A DNA stretch of 64,000 nt from Candidatus Methanomethylicia archaeon (GCA_029259155.1 JAPDJI010000017.1:1-64000), one strand, 5' to 3'; positions 27,249 through 37,730 are shown, numbered from the stretch's first letter. Notes: generated by a model from the letters alone, not told the origin. Numbers and translations: made by a program.

Positions 27249-27606
27249 CCTTAAAGACTCTCTTTATTTCTTTGGCTAGTTCCTTGAAGACGCCGTAAGC
27301 CTTTATCACCGGCGTGGTCACCAACACATCGGAGTCCTTAAGCTTTAAGGTCCGTCTATAGGTGGGCATATGAGCGTAGCATACCTGCTCCATCAACACC
27401 ACGTTTTCCCTCAGGAACTTTAAGGCTATAGACCTAGCGTCCAGGATATCGCTACATACACAGACTAAAAGACCTTCATACCAGAGCGGATTTTTACGTG
27501 AGAGATAGGCGCAGAAAGCCAAGTCTTCGACGTCGATTTCCTCTATTCCTAGTACCTTAACCTCGGCTTCTCCCCACTTAAACTTCATTTGTGCCATACG
27601 TCGCAA
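27232..27606 (-). CDS. Conserved hypothetical protein
   Basis: 124-aa ORF overlapping the nnr start; no named family. Confidence 0.55.
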   Translation of the reverse strand: MRRMAQMKFKWGEAEVKVLGIEEIDVEDLAFCAYLSRKNPLWYEGLLVCVCSDILDARSIALKFLRENVVLMEQVCYAHMPTYRRTLKLKDSDVLVTTPVIKAYGVFKELAKEIKRVFKGEKLE

Positions 27607-27733
27607 GTATATGAGTCCCTTATATTTAAGAGACTAGCTGCCTTCTACGCTGCCTTGAAGGCGCCTGAAGAGTGGCCTCAAGGGCTTCATCGGAGTTTAA
27701 GATTATAGAGACTTAGAAGGCACGGTAAAAAAG

Positions 27734-28189
27734 CTACTGAAAGGTCAAGTTGCCTTCCAGGATGGCTAAGTATAACTGTTCCTCTAGCCTGATGGTGGCG
27801 AAACCTATGATATGCCCTTGACCTGCAGGCCTAAGCAAGATCCGGGCGGCCCATCCATCCCCGACCATGTATAATACCATTGCTCCTCTACCTCTAAATC
27901 GTCCCGCTAGGCCTCTACCACCAGTGGCGGTCAGTACTTCTCCGTGTAGTTGGAGGGTGCCCTCATCTAAGTTTAACCTACCCCTTCTTCCATTCACACC
28001 AACTGCAGTTAAACAAACGGTGAGCTCAACGTCAACGGTTTCGTGTAAGCTGCCCTTCGGGGCCGCTATACCTGAAAGCTCTACGGTAACTTTTCGCTCC
28101 TCTATTCCTTGAGCTAGGACTGCGGGAACGATTAAACTTAAGGTCAATAGAGCTACTATGACGGAAACTGTTAAGCCACGCTTGTACAT
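27734..28189 (-). CDS. Secreted beta-rich protein
   Basis: MYKRG plus hydrophobic core plus AVLA signal peptide. Confidence 0.6.
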   Translation of the reverse strand: MYKRGLTVSVIVALLTLSLIVPAVLAQGIEERKVTVELSGIAAPKGSLHETVDVELTVCLTAVGVNGRRGRLNLDEGTLQLHGEVLTATGGRGLAGRFRGRGAMVLYMVGDGWAARILLRPAGQGHIIGFATIRLEEQLYLAILEGNLTFQ

Positions 28190-28270
28190 ACCAGCTCGCT
28201 ACGCTCAGGAACAAGGTGAGATAAATAGCTGAGGCACGAAGGATCTAGACGATTCGTCCACAAACCCCAT

Positions 28271-28906
28271 ATGAGGGTGGCGGGAAGGGGATGGCTAATG
28301 CTCATGGTCGCGGCTTTCTTTGGCGCTGACGCAGTGATGGAAGCTACCTGCTCAGCTATAGGTTTCCTCGTGGCTTACTATGCGTTTAAAGCCTACAGGT
28401 TCTCGGGAAACGTCTTCTTCAAGCTTCTCTACTTGGGCTTCATGGCCATATCCTCAGCTATGATCTTTAGGTCCTCCTTAATCATCATCCTCTTAAGCCT
28501 ATCCCCTGCTCCCTTCTTGACCTTTATTATAAAGGAAGCTTCCTTGATCCAGTCGTTGGTGAGGGCTTTAGGATACTTCCTTTTTATCGTCGCCTACGTT
28601 AAGCAGCTTAAAGCATCGAAAATGGAAGCCCTTGTACTTACACCTATCTTAGTGTCTCCGCTAATAGAGCTAGCTTGCATATGTATGTTGTTTTACCTAG
28701 TAGCCCACATGCTCATGCTTTTGCTCTCAACTAGGAACAGGGATCTACTTTTCATACTTTCGGGCTTTACATTGTTCTTGGCCAGCCACGCTCTTTTCTT
28801 CGCATCCATTTCATACTCTGTCCTCTACCTAGTGGGGCATGTGGTCCAGCTACTAGGTTCTCTCTGCTTCTTGACAGTGCTCGTTAGGGTGACGAAGGCT
28901 CGATGA
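28271..28906 (+). CDS. Multi-pass (about 6-7 TM) membrane protein
   Basis: Almost entirely hydrophobic helices; ATGA-coupled to the wHTH gene. Confidence 0.65.
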   Translation: MRVAGRGWLMLMVAAFFGADAVMEATCSAIGFLVAYYAFKAYRFSGNVFFKLLYLGFMAISSAMIFRSSLIIILLSLSPAPFLTFIIKEASLIQSLVRALGYFLFIVAYVKQLKASKMEALVLTPILVSPLIELACICMLFYLVAHMLMLLLSTRNRDLLFILSGFTLFLASHALFFASISYSVLYLVGHVVQLLGSLCFLTVLVRVTKAR

Positions 28907-29178
28907 AGAAGTATAGGTCTAAGTTGAAGATAATGTCAGACATGTTATCCATTATAGCTAGCGAAGGTAGGGCTGGGCCTACCAAGATAATGTATGGCGC
29001 TAACCTTTCACACGAGAGGCTTGTGAGGTATCTTAACGAACTCGAGGAACGAGGACTAATCAAGGAGGTGAAGGTTGAGGAGAGATCTTTCTACGAACTA
29101 ACCGATAAAGGCTCTTCTTTCCTAACTGAGCTAAGAAAGCTGGAAGCCTTCGCTAAGGCCTTCGGCGTGGAGCTTTAG
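28903..29178 (+). CDS. Winged-HTH regulator (COG3432/HTH_45 type)
   Basis: RSKLKI..D.L, TKIMYGANLS, YL..L...GLI, YELTDKG. Confidence 0.85.
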   Translation: MKKYRSKLKIMSDMLSIIASEGRAGPTKIMYGANLSHERLVRYLNELEERGLIKEVKVEERSFYELTDKGSSFLTELRKLEAFAKAFGVEL

Positions 29179-29352
29179 GACAGTACCATCTCACATCGCT
29201 CAACGTAGGTGTCCACGTTCACGGAGAGCCCTATGCAACCCCATACAGACTGGATTCGACTCGATCAACGCCCTATCGTTTTCATGAAAAAATCCTTTTA
29301 AGCGTCCTAACCTCTCTCACTCTCGCCTTTTACTCTGGAGGTTTAAGAGGAC

Positions 29353-32217
29353 TTGGTAAAGGTCTTCGGCGCCTTCAAGCTCCTTGCTAAGCCTGTGCAG
29401 AATGCCATAGCCAAAAGAGGATTTAAGGCTCCCACAGAACCTCAGGAAAAGGCCATCCCACTTATCTTGGAAGGAAGGAACCTCCTCATAATAGCTCCTA
29501 CCGCTACGGGTAAGACTGAAGCCGCTCTACTACCCATCTTCAGCCTTTACCTTCAAGCTGGAGATCTACCGCCAGGCGTAAAGATACTGTACATAACCCC
29601 TCTCAGGGCTCTCAACCGCGACTTATTGGAGCGACTTGAATGGTGGGGCTCGGAGCTAGACATAAAGGTAGCGGTTAGACATGGCGATACTGAGGCTTCA
29701 GAGCGCTCGAAGCAAGCTAAGATACCGCCCGACATGTTGATAACTACACCTGAAACCCTTCAAGCCATCATGTCCGGGTACGTGATGCGCCGCCACCTAC
29801 GCCAGGTACGTTGGGTAGTGGTGGACGAGGTGCATGAACTTGCGGAAGATAAGCGCGGCTCTCAATTAACGTTAGCCTTAGAGAGGCTTAGATGGATATC
29901 GCTTCGTGACTTTCAGGTAGTAGGCCTTTCAGCCACGGTAGGCACGCCTGAGGTAGTAGCCAGCTTTCTGGCAGGTGTAGGTAGGCCAGTAGATATAGTT
30001 AAAGTACCCGTAGCGCGATTGATGAGGCTATCAGTGGTTTACCCTGATATTAAGGCAGATGACTATGATCTGGCTGCCAAGCTCTATACTCATCCGGAGG
30101 TAGCGGCTAGACTACGATACATAAACGACCTCATAGCTGATAGACGCTCTGTACTGCTCTTCGTGAACACGAGGGCAATAGCTGAGGTGCTGGCATCTAG
30201 GTTTAAGGTATGGGACATCAACATACCGATAAGTGTTCATCATGGCTCGCTATCTAAGCCTTCTAGGATCACTGCTGAACAGGGGCTCAAGTCAGGAACC
30301 CTCAGGGGCTTGATATGTACTAGCTCGCTAGAGTTGGGGATAGACGTAGGACATGTTGACCTTGTTATCCAGTACATGTCTCCTCGACAAGTGACGAGGC
30401 TCGTACAGCGCGTAGGCAGAGCTGGTCATCGAGTAGGGCTAGTGGCTGAAGGAGTTGTGATAACTGCTGATCCAGATGATACCTTAGAAGCCATGGTCAT
30501 CTGCAGGAAGGCGCTAACCGAGGAGCTTGAGCCGGTCATGGTTCCAGAGAAGCCTCTAGACGTCCTCAACCATCAGATCGCGGCGTGCTTGATGAATAAG
30601 CGTAAATGGAGGTATGAGGAACTCCTCGACCTTTTCTCTAAGGCCTATCCATATAGAGAATTAAAACTCGATGACCTCCGAAAGGTTTTAGGCTACATGC
30701 ACAGCCGATACCCAAGGCTAGCCTGGATAGATGATACCGACCACGTAGTGCTGGTCCCACGTAACCAACGTGCACTCTACGAGTACTTCTTCGATGAGCT
30801 TAGCATGATACCTGATGAGAAAAGCTACTTAGTCGTAGATGAGACCACTAACACCCCTGTAGGCACGCTTGACGAAGCTTTCGTAGCTGAGTACGGAGAT
30901 CCTGGTGTAAAGTTCGTGTTTAGAGGAAGCTTATGGAGGATCAAAGCCATAACTTCAGACCAGGTCTACGTGGTCCCCATCGAGGACCCTACTGGCGCTA
31001 TTCCAAGCTGGATAGGTGAAGAGATCCCCGTCCCTCTAAGCGTAGCTCAAGAGGTTGGCTGGATTAGGAGGTATGTGGAATCTAGGTTGAAGGAGGGCGC
31101 TAAGCTCAAAGAAATAGCAGAGGAGCTAAGCGCTAAGTACTGCTCTGATCCTGATAGCGTGTCTCGGGCTATAGTTGAGGTCGAGGAGCAGGTTAAAGCA
31201 GGGCTACCTGTTCCAAGCGATAAGCTGGTGTTGATTGAAGGATGGGGCGACGTGGTCGTGATTCACGCACATCTAGGGACACTAGCTAACCGTGCACTGG
31301 GCAGGCTCATAGGCGATAAGCTTGCTGAACGGCTAGGCTACTCTGTAGCAGTACAGCAGGACCCCTATCGAGTCATATTTCAGACTTATGGAGGCCTTGA
31401 ACCTGAAGAGCCTGCTCGTATCTTGAGGTCACTAGTTCATGAGGATCTAGAACGGTTAATTAAACGGTCGGCTTGGAGGCTAGGTCTCTTTAAGCGCAGG
31501 CTTATTCATGTCGCTAGAAGGTTTGGAGCCTTATCCAAGCGAAGGGACGTCACGACAATAAGTGTGAGGAGATTGATGGAGGCCTTCAAGGACACAGCAA
31601 TCGAGGAGGAGGCCTATAAAGAGTTCATGTCTAATGACGTCGACCTCGAAGGAGTTAAGAAACTGTTATCATGGATCGAAGAGGGCTCCGTGAAGATAGT
31701 CCCTATCCATACAGAGACTCCTTCTCCTTTAACGAGGAGAGCGTTGGAACGTGCATCCAGAAAAACAGAGCTTATTCCTCCTGAGCGTATGCATAAGATC
31801 ATAGTTGAGTCAGCTAAGGCGAGGCTGCTGAATGAAGTTCGATACTTCACCTGTACTAATTGCTGGGAGTGGTATGCTGCCATAAGGATATTAGACTTAG
31901 ACGAGCACCCTTCATGTCCAAGGTGCGGCTCTAGAGCACTGGCCCCCCTAGACCTAGATGAACATCAGCTCAGGCGCTTCATTGATAAGCACGGCAAAGT
32001 TGTGAGCTACAGTGACAGGAGGCTTCTACGTAAAGCCTTGAAAGCCGCTAACCTAGTTGAACGTTACGGTAAACCGGCTGCCTTTGTCTTAGCTGGGAGA
32101 GGTGTAAGCCCAGAAGACGCTGAAGAAATTTTACGTGAAGTATCGGTTATAGGTGATAAACTAGCTGAACTAGTTATAGATGCTGAGCGAAATGCTCTTC
32201 GAAGACGCTTCCTATGA
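29353..32217 (+). CDS. lhr: Lhr-family SF2 helicase with a C-terminal zinc finger
   Basis: APTATGKT, PLRALNRD, TTPETL, DEVHE, SAT, HHGSLS, LELGIDVG, QRVGRAGH; CTNC and CPRC. Confidence 0.93.
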   Translation: MVKVFGAFKLLAKPVQNAIAKRGFKAPTEPQEKAIPLILEGRNLLIIAPTATGKTEAALLPIFSLYLQAGDLPPGVKILYITPLRALNRDLLERLEWWGSELDIKVAVRHGDTEASERSKQAKIPPDMLITTPETLQAIMSGYVMRRHLRQVRWVVVDEVHELAEDKRGSQLTLALERLRWISLRDFQVVGLSATVGTPEVVASFLAGVGRPVDIVKVPVARLMRLSVVYPDIKADDYDLAAKLYTHPEVAARLRYINDLIADRRSVLLFVNTRAIAEVLASRFKVWDINIPISVHHGSLSKPSRITAEQGLKSGTLRGLICTSSLELGIDVGHVDLVIQYMSPRQVTRLVQRVGRAGHRVGLVAEGVVITADPDDTLEAMVICRKALTEELEPVMVPEKPLDVLNHQIAACLMNKRKWRYEELLDLFSKAYPYRELKLDDLRKVLGYMHSRYPRLAWIDDTDHVVLVPRNQRALYEYFFDELSMIPDEKSYLVVDETTNTPVGTLDEAFVAEYGDPGVKFVFRGSLWRIKAITSDQVYVVPIEDPTGAIPSWIGEEIPVPLSVAQEVGWIRRYVESRLKEGAKLKEIAEELSAKYCSDPDSVSRAIVEVEEQVKAGLPVPSDKLVLIEGWGDVVVIHAHLGTLANRALGRLIGDKLAERLGYSVAVQQDPYRVIFQTYGGLEPEEPARILRSLVHEDLERLIKRSAWRLGLFKRRLIHVARRFGALSKRRDVTTISVRRLMEAFKDTAIEEEAYKEFMSNDVDLEGVKKLLSWIEEGSVKIVPIHTETPSPLTRRALERASRKTELIPPERMHKIIVESAKARLLNEVRYFTCTNCWEWYAAIRILDLDEHPSCPRCGSRALAPLDLDEHQLRRFIDKHGKVVSYSDRRLLRKALKAANLVERYGKPAAFVLAGRGVSPEDAEEILREVSVIGDKLAELVIDAERNALRRRFL

Positions 32218-32662
32218 TGAGACGCGAACAAAAACCCTCATGAGCCACGTTAAGTTAAAGTGTACGATACACGGCGACCGCCTCTCCTCCAGATAGGGCG
32301 TGGCTTCTCTAAGCCTCAAACAGGTCAGTCGAAGCGTCTTAGCCTCCTATAAACAGCTAAGTTTTCCACTCGCGTCCAGGTTAGCCTCTTGCAACATAGA
32401 GGCAGCTAAACTAGCTCGCGGTAGAGTTGGGTAACGAGTTCTAAGCCACATCACAGCCTATGCGCAGCTCGTTATTAACCCACCGCGGGCTCATCATCCA
32501 CGTTGAAATGAAGAGCTATAGATAGCCGACCAGGCTAGGTTGCCATCCTAGGCACCCTAGACCCGAACCGCTTCTTAAGTCGGTGGCGTTCCGAGGCGGT
32601 GGGCTCTTAGACCAACGCTGTGCTTTATTCCACTACTTAGCGAGCTCTGGTGCGTCTAAGCC

Positions 32663-33067
32663 CTAGGAGAAAGGGTTTTGAGGCCAACCTGTGCAGCGGA
32701 GACCTCTTATCACTTCGCTTAGCCCGACGACAATACCATGTGTTGCTATGCCTAGCCCTACGCCCCATATAGCTGGACTCAGGTCGTAAAGCAGTTGAGC
32801 TAGGCTTAGGCCTAGAACGGAGAGGGCTAGACCAGTCGTAATAGAGGGTAGTGCTGCTAAGCCTAGCAGCCTCCACGCCCACTTAATGGTCGTTGAGGGG
32901 GTGTTCATGAGGTACAAGATCGACCAGGCCTCAACGACGAACATAAGCGGCAGTGCTAGAGCTTCCCACAAGATGGGCACCCTACTATTCACTCCGCTCT
33001 CCAAGCCCTTTAAGGGCTGGGAGTAGAAGTACGTCAAATACTCCTCGAGGATTTCAAGGGATTACAT
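32663..33067 (-). pseudogene. Membrane protein with an apparent nonsense codon at codon 2 (or restarting at TTG 33037)
   Basis: AGGTG RBS, then ATG TAA, then an open frame SLEILEEYLTYFYSQP... continuous with the 124-aa ORF. Confidence 0.4.
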
Positions 33068-33287
33068 AGAGGGCCCACCTACATGGACTTAATGGACGGT
33101 ATGCGAGGCATACACCTAACTTCTTTTATGGCTCCTTGGAGGCTAGTTAAAGGGGAGGAGACCTTAAGTTTCATGAAGAGAATCAAGCACTTGGCGTCTT
33201 TCCATGGTGATCTTAGCTTCACTCCGCAGCGAAGCTTGGAAGCTATATAAGGATGTTTAGCGGTTCGTAGCACGGCGGGGAGCTGGC

Positions 33288-34406
33288 ATGAATGGTCTTC
33301 AAGAGTCGCCTGACTACATTAGGTTAAGCACCGCTGCCGACGTAACCTTAGGCTTCACTTCTGGACGCTTTTACCGAGGAGCTCAGCTATACTGCATAAA
33401 CCTACTTCTCTACTATAGCGAAGGCTGCAGGGCAAACTGCCTATACTGTGGACAAGCCAGAGAGGCGGCGGGCGAGTCTATGTGTAAGACCTTGATAAGG
33501 GTGGACTGGCCTTTACGCGAGCTTGACGACGTGATAGCGAGGATGCGTAGATTGATGGGTGGAGGCTGCTTTATGAGGCCTTACAGGGTGTGCGTGGCCT
33601 CCATAACAAATGCTAAGGCAATTAAAGGCGAGATCGAAGTGATTAAGAGGCTGTATAATTCCCTACGTCTCCCCATCTCGGCGTTAATCAGCCCAACGAT
33701 ATTTCCAAAGCATAGAATGGAGGAGTTGAAGGAAGCTGGAGCTGAAAGGATCGGGATAGCAATAGACTGTGCCACGCCGAGTATCTTCGACCTGCTAAGA
33801 GGCTCAAAGGCTAGAGGCCCTCATAGATGGGAGGTCTACCTGAAGGGAGTACACGACGCCGTCGAAGTGTTAGGTGAAGGAAAGGTCGGCATACATTTAA
33901 TAGTAGGTTTGGGAGAGACTGAAGAGGAGGCCGTTAAACTCATTCAGTGGGCTCATGATGCGGGGGCTGAAACTCACCTCTTCTCCTTCTACCCTGAGCC
34001 AGGCTCAATACTTGAAGGTTGGAGGAGACCTGACATAGGACAGTATAGGAGGGTTCAATTAGCGAGATACTTAATCGACTTGGAGTACGCTAACATCGAG
34101 GACTTCGAGTTCAATGAGTATGGCCAGATCGTAGACTTTAAGGTTCCACCGGGTCTTTTCAACGAACTGGTTAAGAGTGGTAGGCCTTTCATGACCTCAG
34201 GCTGCCCAGGATGTAATAGGCCTTATTCTAATGAAAGGCCTGGTGAAGAGATAAGAAACTACCCGTTTATGCCTTCACCTCTCGATGTAGCTAGGATTAG
34301 GAAACAGCTTTTCTCATACAAGAGACCTAGGAATCGGCTAGAGGATCTAATACAATACCTTGAAGGACTCTCCTCAGAGAAGCTTAAGCTCCACCAAGCT
34401 TTCTAA
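33288..34406 (+). CDS. lipS2: Radical SAM protein, LipS2-like lipoyl synthase subunit
   Basis: CRANCLYC plus C-terminal TSGCPGCNRP signature; lipoate ligase nearby. Confidence 0.78.
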   Translation: MNGLQESPDYIRLSTAADVTLGFTSGRFYRGAQLYCINLLLYYSEGCRANCLYCGQAREAAGESMCKTLIRVDWPLRELDDVIARMRRLMGGGCFMRPYRVCVASITNAKAIKGEIEVIKRLYNSLRLPISALISPTIFPKHRMEELKEAGAERIGIAIDCATPSIFDLLRGSKARGPHRWEVYLKGVHDAVEVLGEGKVGIHLIVGLGETEEEAVKLIQWAHDAGAETHLFSFYPEPGSILEGWRRPDIGQYRRVQLARYLIDLEYANIEDFEFNEYGQIVDFKVPPGLFNELVKSGRPFMTSGCPGCNRPYSNERPGEEIRNYPFMPSPLDVARIRKQLFSYKRPRNRLEDLIQYLEGLSSEKLKLHQAF

Positions 34407-35445
34407 CCCTATCTATGAACGCCTCGGCCTCCTCAACGCTTAACAAAGCTTCATGAACCTCCGTTAAACCATATAGTTGCAGCATGCCGCGTTCGTCGAG
34501 CTTTTTCACGTATAAATCCTTCAAGCTTCCTCCCTGAGCTAGGTAATCGTAGATGGCCTCAGCAGCTGCCAGCCCTGAATGCATTGCGTAGTAGACGCCT
34601 TCACCCGTATCGCTCCTTACGAACCCGCCGGCATCGCCAACGAATATTGTTTTCCCCTTTACGAGTTGGCTATCTTTCCTAGGACCTTTAAAGGGGAGCA
34701 TGTAAGCTTCCTCTTTTAATACCTTAGGTTCCTTGAATCTATGCTTAAGAAAAGACGTAAGTCTTTGTTTGAGCTTAAGGGGATGGTTGAGATAGTTGAG
34801 AGAAGAGCCTATACCTACGAGTACATCTCTAGCCCTCCCAGCAACCCAGATCCATCCACCTAGGATCTTAGATGGGTCGTAGTAAACTTCGAAGATACCT
34901 TCAACGCTACGTCTAGCTTCCTCTGATACCCTCACGTATGTTTGCATCGTTAATGCTAGGTCCTCCTTGCGCCAGGGTAAGTTTAAGCTCCGAGCGATCG
35001 TGGAGTATACGCCGTCAGCAGCTACAAGGAACTTCGCCTCAACAACCCCTAGGCCTTCAACGTATACTTGATAGCTAGTCCCCCTTACTTCCACCTTGCG
35101 TACCCTGGCTTCCTCGACTAGCTCAGCTCCTACCTTTACGGCCTCCTGAACTAAGAGGTAGTCAAAGACCTGCCTATCAACTATGGCTCCGGGAGGGTCT
35201 AACTTAATGAATGCTTGCTTACCGCTTGGAGCTATTAACCTTATTCCTTGAAGCGTTGATAGAACAGCTTCTCTAGGAACCTGAAAGTCTTCAAGTACCC
35301 TGGGGTAGAGGATGCCTGCACAGGGCTTTGGTCTAGGAAGCTTATATTTCTCAACACCTAGCGATCTGAGCCCTAATTCAGCACAACGCCTCAGGGCTGA
35401 GGCGCCGGAGGGGCCGCAGCCCACCACAACAACATCATATCTCAA
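34384..35445 (-). CDS. Geranylgeranyl-reductase-like FAD oxidoreductase (possibly LipT-like)
   Basis: VVVVGCGPSG, KPCAG, R..FD, ADG..S, VGDAGGFV..TGEGVYYAM.SG. Confidence 0.8.
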   Translation of the reverse strand: MRYDVVVVGCGPSGASALRRCAELGLRSLGVEKYKLPRPKPCAGILYPRVLEDFQVPREAVLSTLQGIRLIAPSGKQAFIKLDPPGAIVDRQVFDYLLVQEAVKVGAELVEEARVRKVEVRGTSYQVYVEGLGVVEAKFLVAADGVYSTIARSLNLPWRKEDLALTMQTYVRVSEEARRSVEGIFEVYYDPSKILGGWIWVAGRARDVLVGIGSSLNYLNHPLKLKQRLTSFLKHRFKEPKVLKEEAYMLPFKGPRKDSQLVKGKTIFVGDAGGFVRSDTGEGVYYAMHSGLAAAEAIYDYLAQGGSLKDLYVKKLDERGMLQLYGLTEVHEALLSVEEAEAFIDRVRKLGGA

Positions 35446-35500
35446 GGTTCCCCCCTCTCACTTCTTAAATAGGTGTCTCCTTATCTGGGCTTAGGTTGAA

Positions 35501-37084
35501 ATGAACAGAGCATGGCGTCTTCTCGATACAGGCCTGCGAAGCGCTGCTGAAAATATGGCTTTAGATGACGTGGTACTTGAAGCTGTAGCCTCAGGCCTCG
35601 CCCCTAATACTATTAGGTTTCTTCGTTTCTCTAAGCCTTGTGTATTAGTAGGATACCACCAGGATGTGGATCAGGAAGTCCGCCTAGAGTACTGCGCTGA
35701 GAAAGCTGTGGAGGTGAATAGGAGACTTACAGGTGGAGGAGCGGTGTACTTTGAGCCTCATCATCTAGGCTGGGAAGTTATAGCTAGATGGGCTCCTCCT
35801 TTTCCCACCAATGTAGAGGAGCTTTACGGCTTTGTCTGCGAGCCTGTGGCGAGGGCGCTTAGGAGGCTAGGCGTAAACGCTAGGTTTAGGCCTAAGAACG
35901 ATATCGAAGTGGGAAGCAAGAAGATATCGGGTACAGGGGGCACTGTTCGGGGGACGGCCTTTCTTTTCCAAGGCACCCTTTTAACGGACCTAAACCTACA
36001 TGAAATGCTACGTTGCCTTAGAATACCTATCAAGAAGCTCAGCGATAAAGAAGTGGAATCGTTAAAGGACAGAGTCACCACTTTAAGGTGGGAGCTCGGC
36101 TACCTACCGGGCTTAGAGTCTATAAAACAGTTGATCCTTGAGGAGATGTCCTCCTGGTTTGGTATTGAGACCGTTAAAGGCAAGCTTAACCCAATAGAAT
36201 TCTCCTTGCTTAGAGAGAGGCAAGCTTACTTCAGCTCTAAGGAATGGATTTACATGGTTAAGGTGCCTGTGGGAGGTCTTTTCCACTCGAGCATTAAGGC
36301 TCCCGGAGGCTTGGTGAGAGCAGCGGTAAGCGTTAGGGACGATATTATACAGGCTGCCTACATAACTGGAGATTTTTTCGCTCATCCTCAAACTCTAATC
36401 TACGATCTTGAAGCTAAGCTTAAGCACATCCCCATCGATAGATATGAAATACTGAGAGCTATCGAATCAGCGTTTAACCAAGGCGGGATTTTAGGTGTAC
36501 ATCCCAAGGATATAGCAAAGGTAGTCTTAGAGGCTGCGGGTAAGTCACGTTTCTTGAGCTTAGGCTTAACCCCTGATGAGGCTGACTGTTTAATAGAGGT
36601 GCTTAAGCCAGCTGAGTATGTGCTTTCCACTGCTCGTTACCTCCTGCTTCCTTACTGCGCTAAGCCTCTAAGCTGTGAGCTGAGATGGGACGTAAGCTGT
36701 TCGCTATGTGGAGGCTGCGATTTTAAAGAGGTTTACGAAAAGGCTTACGCCTTAGGCTTTGAGCCTCTCACTATCGTAAGCTACGAGCATCTTGAAGAGA
36801 CCTTAACTAACCTTAAAGCCGTAGGAGAGAAGGCGTGGATAGGTAGTTGTTGCGAAGCTTTCTATGAAAAACACTACGAGGATTTCGAGAAGATAGGTCT
36901 ACCTGGCCTCATAGTTACGACTGAGGGGTTAACGTGCTATGATCTAGGTGTAGAGAAGCTAGCTTACGAAGGGAAGTATGAAGGTGTATCCAAGCTAAGG
37001 ACAAACCTTCTACTTAAAGTACTTCAAATCGCCAGCTCTTATAGAGGAAGACGGGTTGAGGCTTCGCTTCATTTAAAACTTTGA
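35501..37084 (+). CDS. lplA: Lipoate-protein ligase (LplA+LplB) fused to a Cys-rich DUF116-like domain
   Basis: NMALD, RRLTGGGAVY, NDI...KKISGTG, KAPGGL, ITGDFF; LLPYC..P..C, CSLCGGC and GSCC in the tail. Confidence 0.82.
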   Translation: MNRAWRLLDTGLRSAAENMALDDVVLEAVASGLAPNTIRFLRFSKPCVLVGYHQDVDQEVRLEYCAEKAVEVNRRLTGGGAVYFEPHHLGWEVIARWAPPFPTNVEELYGFVCEPVARALRRLGVNARFRPKNDIEVGSKKISGTGGTVRGTAFLFQGTLLTDLNLHEMLRCLRIPIKKLSDKEVESLKDRVTTLRWELGYLPGLESIKQLILEEMSSWFGIETVKGKLNPIEFSLLRERQAYFSSKEWIYMVKVPVGGLFHSSIKAPGGLVRAAVSVRDDIIQAAYITGDFFAHPQTLIYDLEAKLKHIPIDRYEILRAIESAFNQGGILGVHPKDIAKVVLEAAGKSRFLSLGLTPDEADCLIEVLKPAEYVLSTARYLLLPYCAKPLSCELRWDVSCSLCGGCDFKEVYEKAYALGFEPLTIVSYEHLEETLTNLKAVGEKAWIGSCCEAFYEKHYEDFEKIGLPGLIVTTEGLTCYDLGVEKLAYEGKYEGVSKLRTNLLLKVLQIASSYRGRRVEASLHLKL

Positions 37085-37157
37085 CAGCGAGGCCTTAAAG
37101 GATAAGGCCAACCTCTAGAATAATGTAGGTCCGCAAGAGAGGGCTGTGTGAGGAATT

Positions 37158-37730
37158 ATGCTTGGCAAAGTGTTGTTCCTAGATGTTGAATCCACGGGGC
37201 TTGAAGCTGAGTCATCGTTCGTGGTTGGGGTAGGAATAATGTTTGAGGATGGCTCCTGGAACCATCTTTTCGCATCCTCCATCAACGACGAAGCAAAGAT
37301 ACTCTCAGACACGATATCTACAGTTTCAGGCTTCGATACCGTAGTGACTTGGAATGGCCTAGGCTTCGACATACCCATCTTGATCGCTAGGGCCCTCAAG
37401 AACGGCTTAGACCCTAGCCCTCTACTAACACCTAGACATATAGATCTGTTCAGGATTTTCAGGGAGTTGGTTAGGCTTGGGCGTTACAGCTTAGATGACG
37501 TGTCCAAGTTCCTTGATATACCTAAGAAAGTGCAGATTAAAGGCAGTGACATGCCTCCACTATACTTGAAAGCGCTGAGTGGTGATCAAGAGGCTATGCG
37601 GGTTATCGAGGAACACTGCTATGATGACCTACAGGCCTTGAGAGAAATATTCTTTAAATCTAGGAGACTGGTGGAGGCCTATATCCTATTAACCGAAAAA
37701 ATTAAGCAGAGCTCTGCCTCCCCACCATAA
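37158..37730 (+). CDS. YprB-like RNase H/DEDD exonuclease
   Basis: FLDVESTGL, VTWNG..FDIP, HIDL, HCYDDL. Confidence 0.85.
   Translation: MLGKVLFLDVESTGLEAESSFVVGVGIMFEDGSWNHLFASSINDEAKILSDTISTVSGFDTVVTWNGLGFDIPILIARALKNGLDPSPLLTPRHIDLFRIFRELVRLGRYSLDDVSKFLDIPKKVQIKGSDMPPLYLKALSGDQEAMRVIEEHCYDDLQALREIFFKSRRLVEAYILLTEKIKQSSASPP

Noticed and set aside
29240-29275. tRNA T-loop-like GGATTCGACTC
   Set aside because: No cloverleaf or acceptor stem can be built
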